In this document: one piece after another, positions 18,808 to 26,661 of the stretch | Position numbering within the stretch: position 1 is the stretch's first letter | How the letters are laid out: each line of letters opens with the position of its first letter | Assembly (NCBI GenBank): GCA_009841185.1 | Contig: VXMG01000121.1 | Location: forward strand, 20,271 to 84,270 | Origin: Gammaproteobacteria bacterium | GTDB lineage: Bacteria > Gemmatimonadota > Gemmatimonadetes > Longimicrobiales > Gaopeijiaceae | Direction of reading: 5' to 3' | Length of the DNA: 64,000 nucleotides | Program-made: the position numbers and the translations under genes | The notes under the pieces: model-generated | What the model was told of the DNA's origin: nothing | What the model saw: the letters and a program-made list of their open reading frames with translations, nothing else | Databases searched by the model: none

Positions 18808-19847
18808 CCCTGAAGAGGCTTGCGCGCCAGGAAGCAGTAGAGCGGCGTGAAGATCCCGGTCCTGCCGCCGGCGACATAGGCGTCTGCAGTCCGATCCATA
18901 AGTTCGACAACCTCCGCCGATCCCCTGGGGAACACCCGCAGCAACTCGGCCAGCCTGGATGCCCAGAAAAACATCCTGCGACCCATGGGAGCCTGGACGA
19001 GAGCGCTCCCGAGCCACCCGCGCCGGGCCTCCATGGGCTGATACCACGGCGTGGTCGGACCGGTCTCGTCGACAGCGAGGTCCGTCGCTTCCAGGATTTC
19101 GAATCCGGCGGTTTCGAGGGCCCGGTCTGTCTCCGCGAACGTTGCGATGTCCCGGAGCGCGATGCCGTGCATCAGGTCGCGCTTGATGGCCCGGTGGCGA
19201 TCGTCGTGGGGATTGTACACATCCGTCATGCACATTTCCTGGCCCCAGAAAAGGGCTCCGGGCTTGAGGACACGGTGGATTTCGGCAAACGCGAGTGCCT
19301 TGTCGGGAGCATGGCAGGTCGATTCGATCGCGTAGCCCCGATCGAAGGTCCCGTCCGCGATGGAACTCATATTCATGAAGCTGCAAGCGAGGAAGTCGAT
19401 CATGTGATCGAGCCCCGCCTCGGCATTCAGCGACCTGGCCCTGCTCAACTGGACTTCACTGCTGTTGATTCCCAATACCCGGACGCCGGCCTCGCGGGCG
19501 ACGCGGCGCATTGGACCTCCGATCCCGCAACCGATGTCGGCCACCGTCATGCCCTCGCGCAGTTCCAGCTTGGCGATCATCTGCCGCTGGTGCCGGATCT
19601 TGGAGTCCTTCAGGCTCTCGCCGGGCGACAGCGGCGCAAAATGCAGGGATTCTCCCCAACCGAAGACCATCAATTCGCTACAAAGGTCGTAGTATTCCGT
19701 TGCGGTCCGGGTGTGGTCGTAGTCGGCTGCGCGGCCATCCGCGGCGAACGCTCTGTCCGTCCATCCTTCGAAATTCCGCACGCGGCGGCGGACGTTCGTT
19801 TCGCCGAACGCGGCCTTCAGTCCCCTGGATAGTCGACGCAGATGCAT
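18804..19847 (-). CDS. Sterol C-24 methyltransferase (ERG6/SMT)-type SAM-dependent methyltransferase
   Basis: Collinear with yeast ERG6 as I recall it: 'YYDLCSELMVFGWGESLHFAP' (cf. [20 protein letters not shown]), SAM motif 'DIGCGIGGP', 'YAIESTCHAP' (cf. YAIEATCHAP), and the C-terminal Sterol_MT_C-like 'GIFTPLYCFLARKP' (cf. KLFTPMMLFVARKP). Confidence 0.9.
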   Translation of the reverse strand: MHLRRLSRGLKAAFGETNVRRRVRNFEGWTDRAFAADGRAADYDHTRTATEYYDLCSELMVFGWGESLHFAPLSPGESLKDSKIRHQRQMIAKLELREGMTVADIGCGIGGPMRRVAREAGVRVLGINSSEVQLSRARSLNAEAGLDHMIDFLACSFMNMSSIADGTFDRGYAIESTCHAPDKALAFAEIHRVLKPGALFWGQEMCMTDVYNPHDDRHRAIKRDLMHGIALRDIATFAETDRALETAGFEILEATDLAVDETGPTTPWYQPMEARRGWLGSALVQAPMGRRMFFWASRLAELLRVFPRGSAEVVELMDRTADAYVAGGRTGIFTPLYCFLARKPLQG

Positions 19848-19911
19848 GGCAGGTCTTGGAGAGGCACTGGCGTTAGAGTCGTCCGCAACAGTCGTTGGCG
19901 CGAACTAAGGT

Positions 19912-19930
19912 GAAGGCACACGGTGCCTTC
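19912..19930. promoter_or_regulatory. Perfect inverted repeat GAAGGCAC-N3-GTGCCTTC in the divergent SMT/OMP intergenic region
   Basis: Read directly from the sequence. 8-bp arms with a 3-nt spacer, 65-83 nt upstream of the SMT start codon. Confidence 0.3.
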
Positions 19931-19954
19931 AGGCAAGGGGGACGGCGATGAACG

Positions 19955-20074
19955 ATGGGCAGGCGGCGCAAGGGGCGGCCACAGGAGTCGCCGCTCCATG
20001 TCGGCTATTCCATTCCGCGAGGGGGCGCGTTCCGGTACGTTTCGTGTCCCAACTACCTGGGAGAGCTGCTGGAG
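19955..20074 (+). pseudogene. Relic of a 3-oxo-5-alpha-steroid 4-dehydrogenase (SRD5A/TECR) family gene, C-terminal motif only
   Basis: In-frame upstream extension of the OMP ORF reads RRRKGRPQESPLHVGYSIPRGGAFRYVSCPNYLGELLE. Compare the SRD5A/TECR signature 'LR.LRKPG..GY.IPRGGLFEYVSC(A/P)NY.GE..EW'. An in-frame stop lies immediately upstream, and the motif runs straight into the OMP signal peptide. Confidence 0.4.
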
Positions 20075-20911
20075 ATGACGACTCGACTGGCTCCGGGCGT
20101 TCTGCTGGCCGCCGTGGCGGTTGGCACGATGCTCGGGCGCCCGATGAATGGGTCCGCGCAGGAGCCCGTGAGGGCACCGGCTGCCCCGGCGTCCCGTCCC
20201 CTGACTGCCGATCGCCCCGATTTCACGGAAGCGGCATCCGCCGTGGGCCGGGGCGTCCTCCAGATCGAGTTCGGCTACACGTTCGGCGGAGACTGGTCCG
20301 GCGGCAATTCGGTCCAGACCCATACGCTGGGCGAAATGCTGCTGCGCGCGGGGGTTGCGGCGGACTGGCTGGAACTCCGGGTGGCGGCCAGCCCGGTGAC
20401 CCGCGTGGACACCGAGGGAAGCGGAGCCAGCGACAGTGGGATCGAGGACCTCTACCTGGGCGCCAAGATCGAGTTCACCCGGCAGGCGGGCCGCCTTCCG
20501 GCGCTCGCGGTCCTGCCGCAGATGACGCTGCCCACGGGCAGCACGCTGTTCTCCGGCGGACGCGCGCTGCCGGGCGTGAATCTCGTCTACAGTTGGGATG
20601 CGCCCGGAGGATTCTCCCTGGCGGGCAGCACGCAGGTCAACCTGGCCGTCGCGGATGGCGACGACAGCTACCCCGAGTGGGCCCAGTCGGCGGTCGCGGG
20701 AGCCGGCGTCGGGACGCGCGGAGGCGTGTACGGCGAATGGTATGCGTTTCTGCCCACGGGGGCGGATGCCCCGCAGGAGCATTACTTCAATGCGGGCCTG
20801 ACCTGGCTCACAGCCGACGATTCGCAGTGGGACATCCGGGTCGGCGTCGGGCTGAACGATGCCGCCGAGGACTTCTTCGCGGGCGTGGGGGCGGCCATCA
20901 GGATGCGCTGA
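20075..20911 (+). CDS. Outer-membrane beta-barrel channel, 'MetA-pathway of phenol degradation'-like family
   Basis: Signal peptide MTTRLAPGVLLAAVAVGTMLG...AQE. 'DRPDFTEAASAVGRGVLQIEFGY' matches the N-terminal motif of that family. Alternating beta-strand pattern. Confidence 0.65.
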   Translation: MTTRLAPGVLLAAVAVGTMLGRPMNGSAQEPVRAPAAPASRPLTADRPDFTEAASAVGRGVLQIEFGYTFGGDWSGGNSVQTHTLGEMLLRAGVAADWLELRVAASPVTRVDTEGSGASDSGIEDLYLGAKIEFTRQAGRLPALAVLPQMTLPTGSTLFSGGRALPGVNLVYSWDAPGGFSLAGSTQVNLAVADGDDSYPEWAQSAVAGAGVGTRGGVYGEWYAFLPTGADAPQEHYFNAGLTWLTADDSQWDIRVGVGLNDAAEDFFAGVGAAIRMR

Positions 20912-20970
20912 AACCTCGCCCGGCGTGAGTCCGGCGCGAGCGTTCGGCGGCGCAAGGCCTGAAGCGACGG

Positions 20971-22731
20971 CTACGCCCCGGCCCGGGCCGGAGCGGCGTC
21001 CACCCGCACCGTCACGATGTCGGCATCCTCGTATTTGTGGTGGTGGACCGATGTCGCGAGGTGGCGAAGGAGCCGCAGCGAGATCTCGTGCTCCCCGGGC
21101 TCCTCGGCGGCGCGCCCGCCGAGCACGGCCATGCGGTCCTCGATGTTGCCCTCGCCGCTGGCGGCCAGGAACTCCATCTCGACCCCGCCCGAATCGGTGC
21201 GCGCCGTCAGCCTCAGGCGCCGTTGTCCGGCCGACGGCTCGCCCTCGCCCTGCTCGATGAGCAGCAGCAGCGTTTCCTCGGCGGCGTGCCCCAGCCGGAG
21301 CCCGGTCTCGGCCCCGAGGCGCTTGCGGCTGGCGAAGCTCTCCAGGAACTCCTGAATCTTCGGCAGCGACTGCACATCGAGCGTCGTCTGCATGCGCACC
21401 CGCCTCGGCCCGGTCAGCTCCATGAACGCCGTCAGCACGAGTGCCGTCAGGCCGCCGGACGTCATGCCGTTGCCGAGCAGTTGCTGCAGGAAGGGGTTCA
21501 GCGCCGCCGTCGAGATCTCGCCGCTCTGGAATCCGACCCCGACCCAGAACGAGACGCCCACGATCGTGGCCTTGCGGTAATCCATGCCGTCCTGGAGGAC
21601 GATCCGGGTTCCCAGCACGAACAGCACGGCGATGATCACCATGGCGTACGCGCCGATCACGGGATCGGGGATGATGAGCAGCAGCGCCGTCAGCTTCGGC
21701 AGGAAGGCCAGCGCGCAGAAGATCAGGCCGATGCAGACGCCGACCCGCCGTGCCGCGATCCCGGTGATCTCGACGATGGAGACGCTGCTCGAGTAGGTCG
21801 TGTTGGGGACGGTGGCGAAGAGCCCCGACAGCAGGTTGCCCAGGCCATCGGCGGCAACCGCTCCCTGGACCGCGCGGTAGTCCGTGGCTTGCGGCTCCCG
21901 CCACGACACCCGCTGGATCGCGACCGCGTCGCCCACGGTCTCGATCGCGCCCACGAGCGTGACGAAGGTATAGGCGGGAAGGATCGCCCAGAAGGCGGCG
22001 CTGAAATCGAACCCCAGCCCCGGCCAGCCGGCAGCGGGCACGCCCACCCACGCGGCCTGCGCGAGCGCGGTGGTATCGATCAGATCGAACCAGGCGGCGG
22101 CCCCGCACCCGGCCGCGATGCCGATGATCGGTCCCCACAGGCGCACCGGCCCCGTGAACTTGAGCATCACCGCGAGCGTCACGGCGAGGGTGGACAGCAC
22201 GGTGACGGGCGCCGCCAGGGGCGAGGCGCCGGGCGGGGCGTTGTCCTGAAAATCGAACAGAAAGGGCATCACGTTGACGGCGATCAGCATGATCACGGTC
22301 CCGGCGACCGTCGGCGTGATGATGCGGCGCAGAATGGAGAGGCGCCCGGCGAGGAGGAACTGGAAGAGGGATGAGGCGATCACGAGCGTCGTCAGCAGGG
22401 CAGGGCCCCCCTGCACCAGCGCGGCCACCGAGACGGCGATGAAGGCGCCCGAAGTGCCCATGATGAGGACGTATCCCGACCCCAGGCGTCCCAGCCGGAT
22501 GACCTGGACGATGCTGGTCAGGCCGCTCACCATGAGCGCGCCGAACGCGCCCCAGGCGAGGTACGCGTCACTGCTCTCGGCGCTCCGAAGCACGATGGCG
22601 ACGGTGAGAACGACGCCCCCGAGCGCCAGGATGCTGTACTGGAGCGCCAGTCCGATCGCCAGCGGCCACGGCGGACTCTCGTCGGGCTGGTAGCGAACGG
22701 TGGACCCCGACCCGCCTTCGTGCGATGCCAT
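20971..22731 (-). CDS. NCS2/SLC23-type (xanthine/uracil/vitamin C) permease with an extra ~150-aa cytoplasmic C-terminal domain
   Basis: Start at the ATG preceded by GGAGGAGG (MASHEGG...). 'PPWPLAIGLALQYSILAL' and a 14-TM-like body. The soluble tail begins at 'LDVQSLPKIQEFLESF...'. Confidence 0.8.
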   Translation of the reverse strand: MASHEGGSGSTVRYQPDESPPWPLAIGLALQYSILALGGVVLTVAIVLRSAESSDAYLAWGAFGALMVSGLTSIVQVIRLGRLGSGYVLIMGTSGAFIAVSVAALVQGGPALLTTLVIASSLFQFLLAGRLSILRRIITPTVAGTVIMLIAVNVMPFLFDFQDNAPPGASPLAAPVTVLSTLAVTLAVMLKFTGPVRLWGPIIGIAAGCGAAAWFDLIDTTALAQAAWVGVPAAGWPGLGFDFSAAFWAILPAYTFVTLVGAIETVGDAVAIQRVSWREPQATDYRAVQGAVAADGLGNLLSGLFATVPNTTYSSSVSIVEITGIAARRVGVCIGLIFCALAFLPKLTALLLIIPDPVIGAYAMVIIAVLFVLGTRIVLQDGMDYRKATIVGVSFWVGVGFQSGEISTAALNPFLQQLLGNGMTSGGLTALVLTAFMELTGPRRVRMQTTLDVQSLPKIQEFLESFASRKRLGAETGLRLGHAAEETLLLLIEQGEGEPSAGQRRLRLTARTDSGGVEMEFLAASGEGNIEDRMAVLGGRAAEEPGEHEISLRLLRHLATSVHHHKYEDADIVTVRVDAAPARAGA

Positions 22732-22849
22732 GCGGTATCTCCTCCTCCCCCAAATCCCTGCCGGTTTGTTGGTGGCCGCCGCGGGCGATGCCCGGGCTCG
22801 GGCCGCGGCAGATGGTCCAGCTTCGGCCGCGGTCATGGCCGCGATGTGA

Positions 22850-25387
22850 CTAGCGCGTCGATCCTCCTTCCGACACCGGCCGCGTCTCCGCTCCCTCGCC
22901 TTTCACGTACGTGTCGAACCAGTCGACCCAGCGCGCCCACATATCGAGGTTGTTCTCGATGGCGCGCGGGGTGTGCGACTCGAACGGATACTCGAAGAGC
23001 GCCGCCGTCTTCCCCAGCCCGGTGAGCGCCTGGATCATGCGCCGCGACTGGATGGGATAGGTGCCCGAGTTGTTGTCGTCGGCGCCGTGGTACAGGAGCA
23101 GCGGCGTGTTGATCTGGTCCGCCTTGAAGAAGGGGGACATCTCCATGTAGACATGGGGCGCTTCCCAGATGTCGCGCGGCTCGGCCTGGAAGCCCATCGG
23201 CGTGAGCGAGCGGTTGTACGCGCCGTCGCCGGCGATGCCCGCGCTGAAGAAGGGAGTGTGGGCCAGGAAGTTGGCGGTCGCGAAGGCCCCGTAGCTGTGG
23301 CCGCCGTGCCCGATCCGGTCCATGTCGATCACCCCGAGGCCATCCACCGCGCGCATCGCCGCGTACATCGCGTCTACCATATTTGATATATAGTAGTCAT
23401 TATAGTTCTCGCCTACGATGGGAATATCCGGATATACGAGCGCGTATCCCTGGGTCAGCCATAGGTCGGACCAGCGGAGCCAGGTCAGGCGGGTGTACGC
23501 GTTGTGGTTGCGCGCGCGGATGGTGGCGTTGTTGAAGGCCTCCTCGCTCCTGTACTCGCGGGGATAGGTCCAGAAGATGGCCGGAACCCTGGTGCCTTCG
23601 ACATAGTCGATGGGGAGCGAAACCCGGCCCTGGATCTCGAGGCCGTCGCGGCGCGTGAACTCGAAGTCGATGCGGCGCGCGGCCGTGAGCTGGGGGAAGG
23701 GGTCAACGTTGCGAGTCAGATTCTCCATCTCGCCGCCCCCCGTCCAGAGATAGCTGTCGGGGAAGGTGTTCCTGCCCTCGCGGCTGACGATCATGCGCTC
23801 GAAGTCGCTGTCCAGCGGGACCAGCGGCCGGTCGAAGCTGTCGCGCGAGCCCTCGAAGAGCCGCTCGGTGGATCCGTCGGACAGGGAAACCCGGTCGACG
23901 AAGGGCTGGGGACGGAAGTCCTCCTTCAGGCCGCCGCCGCGCAGGTAGGCGCTCTCACCGTCGGAGGACACCCACGCATGGTCGAGCCCGTTGGCGGTGC
24001 GAGCGGTGAGCAGGTCGCCGGGGAGCGAGACCGCGTCGGCGGGATCGTGGAAGGGCACGATGATGTTGCCCTGCGACCCGTCGCCCAGTGCGAAGTGGGC
24101 GAGCGCGTTCTCCCCGTCCCGGCGGACCGACGCGAACGCGTGGCGGCCGTCCAGCGAGTACGTCACCTCGCTGATCGGGTCGTCGCTCGACGCCACTTCC
24201 TCCTCGTCGCCGTCGCCGAAGGGCGCGCGCAGCAGCATGATGCGGTCGGGACGCGGCGCGTCCGAGCCGGCGGCATCGTCGGGGGCGGCGCGATGCAGGT
24301 ACGCGACGCCGCTCCCGTCCGGGCGCCACTGCCAGTCGCGCGGGCCGTTGCCCGGGCCGCCGCCGCGGCCTTCCCGCAGGTCGCGCTCTTCGAGCGTCGC
24401 CAGCACATCGCCGCTCTCGACGTCCAGCACCTCCGTCACGCGCGGGAAGCCGGTGTAGCTGGCGATGAAGGAGAAGGGCCGCTCGATGCGGGTGGCGATC
24501 AGGTGGCGCCCGTCGGGGCTGAGCGAGACCGATTCGTACATCCCCGCGTCCCCGATGGGGCGGGGAGTCCGGCCGGGCGCCAGCTCGACGATCTGACTGC
24601 GCGTGTAGTACTCGAACAAGTCGGAGTCGTGATCGCCCTCCAGCAGGAACGGCATCGTGCGCGTGGGCGTGGCCGCCGAGCGCGTGTGCCGGATGGTGGG
24701 CCCGTCGGGCAGGGAGGGCGTGGGAGGCGCGGCGCCGCGGTCCGCTGGCTCTGCCAGCGTGATGACCGATCCCGCGGGCGTCCACTGGAGCATCCGGGAC
24801 GGCGCCGATCCCTGACCCCCCGACGAGGTGCCCAGGCTGGCGATGACGCGCGCGTCGCCCGCCGCGGTCACGCTGCCGTCCTCGGCCGACGCGACCCAGA
24901 CCTCGGTCCGCTCCTCAAGGTGCGCGAGGAACGCCAGCCGGTCACCGTCCGGAGACCACATCAGGTCGCTCACGTAGATCCCGTCGGGCAGCTCCACATC
25001 CGTAAACGAGCGCTCGCTCAGCGAATAGAAGCGGAACCCATAAAGTCCGTAGATGTCGAGGTGCCAGGGCCGGTCGGTGGCGGCCCGGAGTTCGAGCATG
25101 GCCAGGCGCAGCGTCTCCTCGCCCACCTCCTCGAGCGTCGACAGCTCGGTCGAGAGCGGAATGACGAAGTGGTCGCCGTCCGGGCTGACGTGATCCAGGG
25201 TGGCGTAGTTGGGATCGGTCGCGAAGAGATCCTGGATGGCCTGGTTGGGGAGGATGTATCCCCGGTCGATGTCGAGCCCGTCGCCGGAATCCTGGGCGAA
25301 CAGCGGCGACACGAGGCAGAACTGCATCAGGAAAAGGCCGATTGCCGGTATCCAGGTCGAAGATCGGGGGCGGCTGTGCGGGTTCAT
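22850..25387 (-). CDS. S9 (prolyl oligopeptidase family) serine peptidase with an N-terminal beta-propeller
   Basis: Signal peptide from the ATG at 25387. TolB-like repeats (SPDG...). Catalytic 'GGHSYG', 'HGADDNN', 'FESHTP'. Confidence 0.9.
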   Translation of the reverse strand: MNPHSRPRSSTWIPAIGLFLMQFCLVSPLFAQDSGDGLDIDRGYILPNQAIQDLFATDPNYATLDHVSPDGDHFVIPLSTELSTLEEVGEETLRLAMLELRAATDRPWHLDIYGLYGFRFYSLSERSFTDVELPDGIYVSDLMWSPDGDRLAFLAHLEERTEVWVASAEDGSVTAAGDARVIASLGTSSGGQGSAPSRMLQWTPAGSVITLAEPADRGAAPPTPSLPDGPTIRHTRSAATPTRTMPFLLEGDHDSDLFEYYTRSQIVELAPGRTPRPIGDAGMYESVSLSPDGRHLIATRIERPFSFIASYTGFPRVTEVLDVESGDVLATLEERDLREGRGGGPGNGPRDWQWRPDGSGVAYLHRAAPDDAAGSDAPRPDRIMLLRAPFGDGDEEEVASSDDPISEVTYSLDGRHAFASVRRDGENALAHFALGDGSQGNIIVPFHDPADAVSLPGDLLTARTANGLDHAWVSSDGESAYLRGGGLKEDFRPQPFVDRVSLSDGSTERLFEGSRDSFDRPLVPLDSDFERMIVSREGRNTFPDSYLWTGGGEMENLTRNVDPFPQLTAARRIDFEFTRRDGLEIQGRVSLPIDYVEGTRVPAIFWTYPREYRSEEAFNNATIRARNHNAYTRLTWLRWSDLWLTQGYALVYPDIPIVGENYNDYYISNMVDAMYAAMRAVDGLGVIDMDRIGHGGHSYGAFATANFLAHTPFFSAGIAGDGAYNRSLTPMGFQAEPRDIWEAPHVYMEMSPFFKADQINTPLLLYHGADDNNSGTYPIQSRRMIQALTGLGKTAALFEYPFESHTPRAIENNLDMWARWVDWFDTYVKGEGAETRPVSEGGSTR

Positions 25388-25534
25388 GGCTGGCTCCTGG
25401 GAACGGGCGCCGGTAAGGCGGGATGGCGGAATCGGCTGAAGGTGGCCCACGCGGCGAGGTCGCCGCAACCCGTTTCAGGAACCCGGAACCCTCCGTGACA
25501 TATCTTCTGTGGCGGTGTCGCGCCGGGCGCCGTG

Positions 25535-26629
25535 ATGCAGGATTCCGACGGCGTCGTTCGCAACAGGGGAGATGGCTTGCCGGAGAACTACGATGTGGTG
25601 GTGGCCGGGGCCGGCTTTGCCGGTCTCGCCTGCGCGCGCCAGGCGGCCCGGCGCGGCCTCTCCGTCCTGGTGCTGGAGCGACAGTCCGCACCCGGCGCCC
25701 GCATCCACACCACCGGCATTCTCGTGCATGAGGCCTGGACCGAGTGGCAGGTGCCGGCCCCGCTGGTGAGGCGAATCAACCGGGTCAGGGTCTACACTCC
25801 CGCGCACGACCATATCGAGCTGGAGCGGAACGGATACTTCTTCATGGCCACCGATACCGCCCGGCTCATGCACCATCTGGCCCGGGAGACCCGGCGCGCG
25901 GGTGTCGAGATCCGGTTCGGACAAGGATACCGCGGCGTGACGCCGGGACCGGGTCCATTGCTGCTCCAGGCTTCCGGGGTCACCTGCCGATTCCTCGTTG
26001 GAGCCGATGGTGCGCGCTCCGCAGTGGCCGGGAGCTTCGGCCTCGACCGCAACCGCCGCCTCCTGAAGGGGGTCGAATGGGAATTCGAGCCCGTGGACGG
26101 CGTCGCCGACTGCCTGCACTGCTTCATCGATCCCGAGTTCGCCCCCGGGTACATCGGATGGGTGGTGCCCGGGGTGGCGACGACGCAGGTCGGGCTGGCG
26201 CTGCACCGCGACCGGCAGGCCGACCTGCCGGGGTTCGTCGCAAAGCTCGACCCGCTCTTCGGGCTGTCGCGGAAGACGGTGGTGGAGAAGCGCGGCGGTG
26301 TGATCCCGTGCGGGGGACTGCTTCGCAACTTCTACGGGGAACGGGTGATGCTCATCGGGGACGCCGCCGGGATGGTGTCCCCGCTGACGGCCGGGGGCAT
26401 CCACCATGCCTGGCGGTTCGGCAAGATCGCCGGAGACGCCCTGGCCGACCATCTCGCGGGTGGAACGCATCCCGGTCCGGTGGTGCGGCGCGCATACCCG
26501 AAACTGGTCTGGAAGCACGCCGCGCGCTGGGGCTACGACCGCCTTCCGGTGGCGCGGGCGCTCGAGGCCGGGCTGCTCACCCGGAGCATGTTCCGAAAGG
26601 TGGCGGCGAAGGTCTTCTTCGGGCTGTAG
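25535..26629 (+). CDS. FAD-dependent oxidoreductase, geranylgeranyl-reductase-like
   Basis: 'YDVVVAGAGFAGLACA' dinucleotide-binding motif and 'GDAAGMVSPLTAGGIHHA'. A GTG at 25532 is an alternative start. Confidence 0.85.
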   Translation: MQDSDGVVRNRGDGLPENYDVVVAGAGFAGLACARQAARRGLSVLVLERQSAPGARIHTTGILVHEAWTEWQVPAPLVRRINRVRVYTPAHDHIELERNGYFFMATDTARLMHHLARETRRAGVEIRFGQGYRGVTPGPGPLLLQASGVTCRFLVGADGARSAVAGSFGLDRNRRLLKGVEWEFEPVDGVADCLHCFIDPEFAPGYIGWVVPGVATTQVGLALHRDRQADLPGFVAKLDPLFGLSRKTVVEKRGGVIPCGGLLRNFYGERVMLIGDAAGMVSPLTAGGIHHAWRFGKIAGDALADHLAGGTHPGPVVRRAYPKLVWKHAARWGYDRLPVARALEAGLLTRSMFRKVAAKVFFGL

Positions 26630-26661
26630 CCGGGCCTCGCCGTGCTGCGGCCCGCGGGACC

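Noticed and set aside
23379-23460. Sharp AT-rich patch (atttgatatatagtagtcattatag...) suggesting an insertion or foreign fragment
   Set aside because: It is in frame within the S9 peptidase and encodes ...IVGENYNDYYISNMVDAMY... (Asn/Tyr/Ile-rich). The composition is explained by the peptide sequence.
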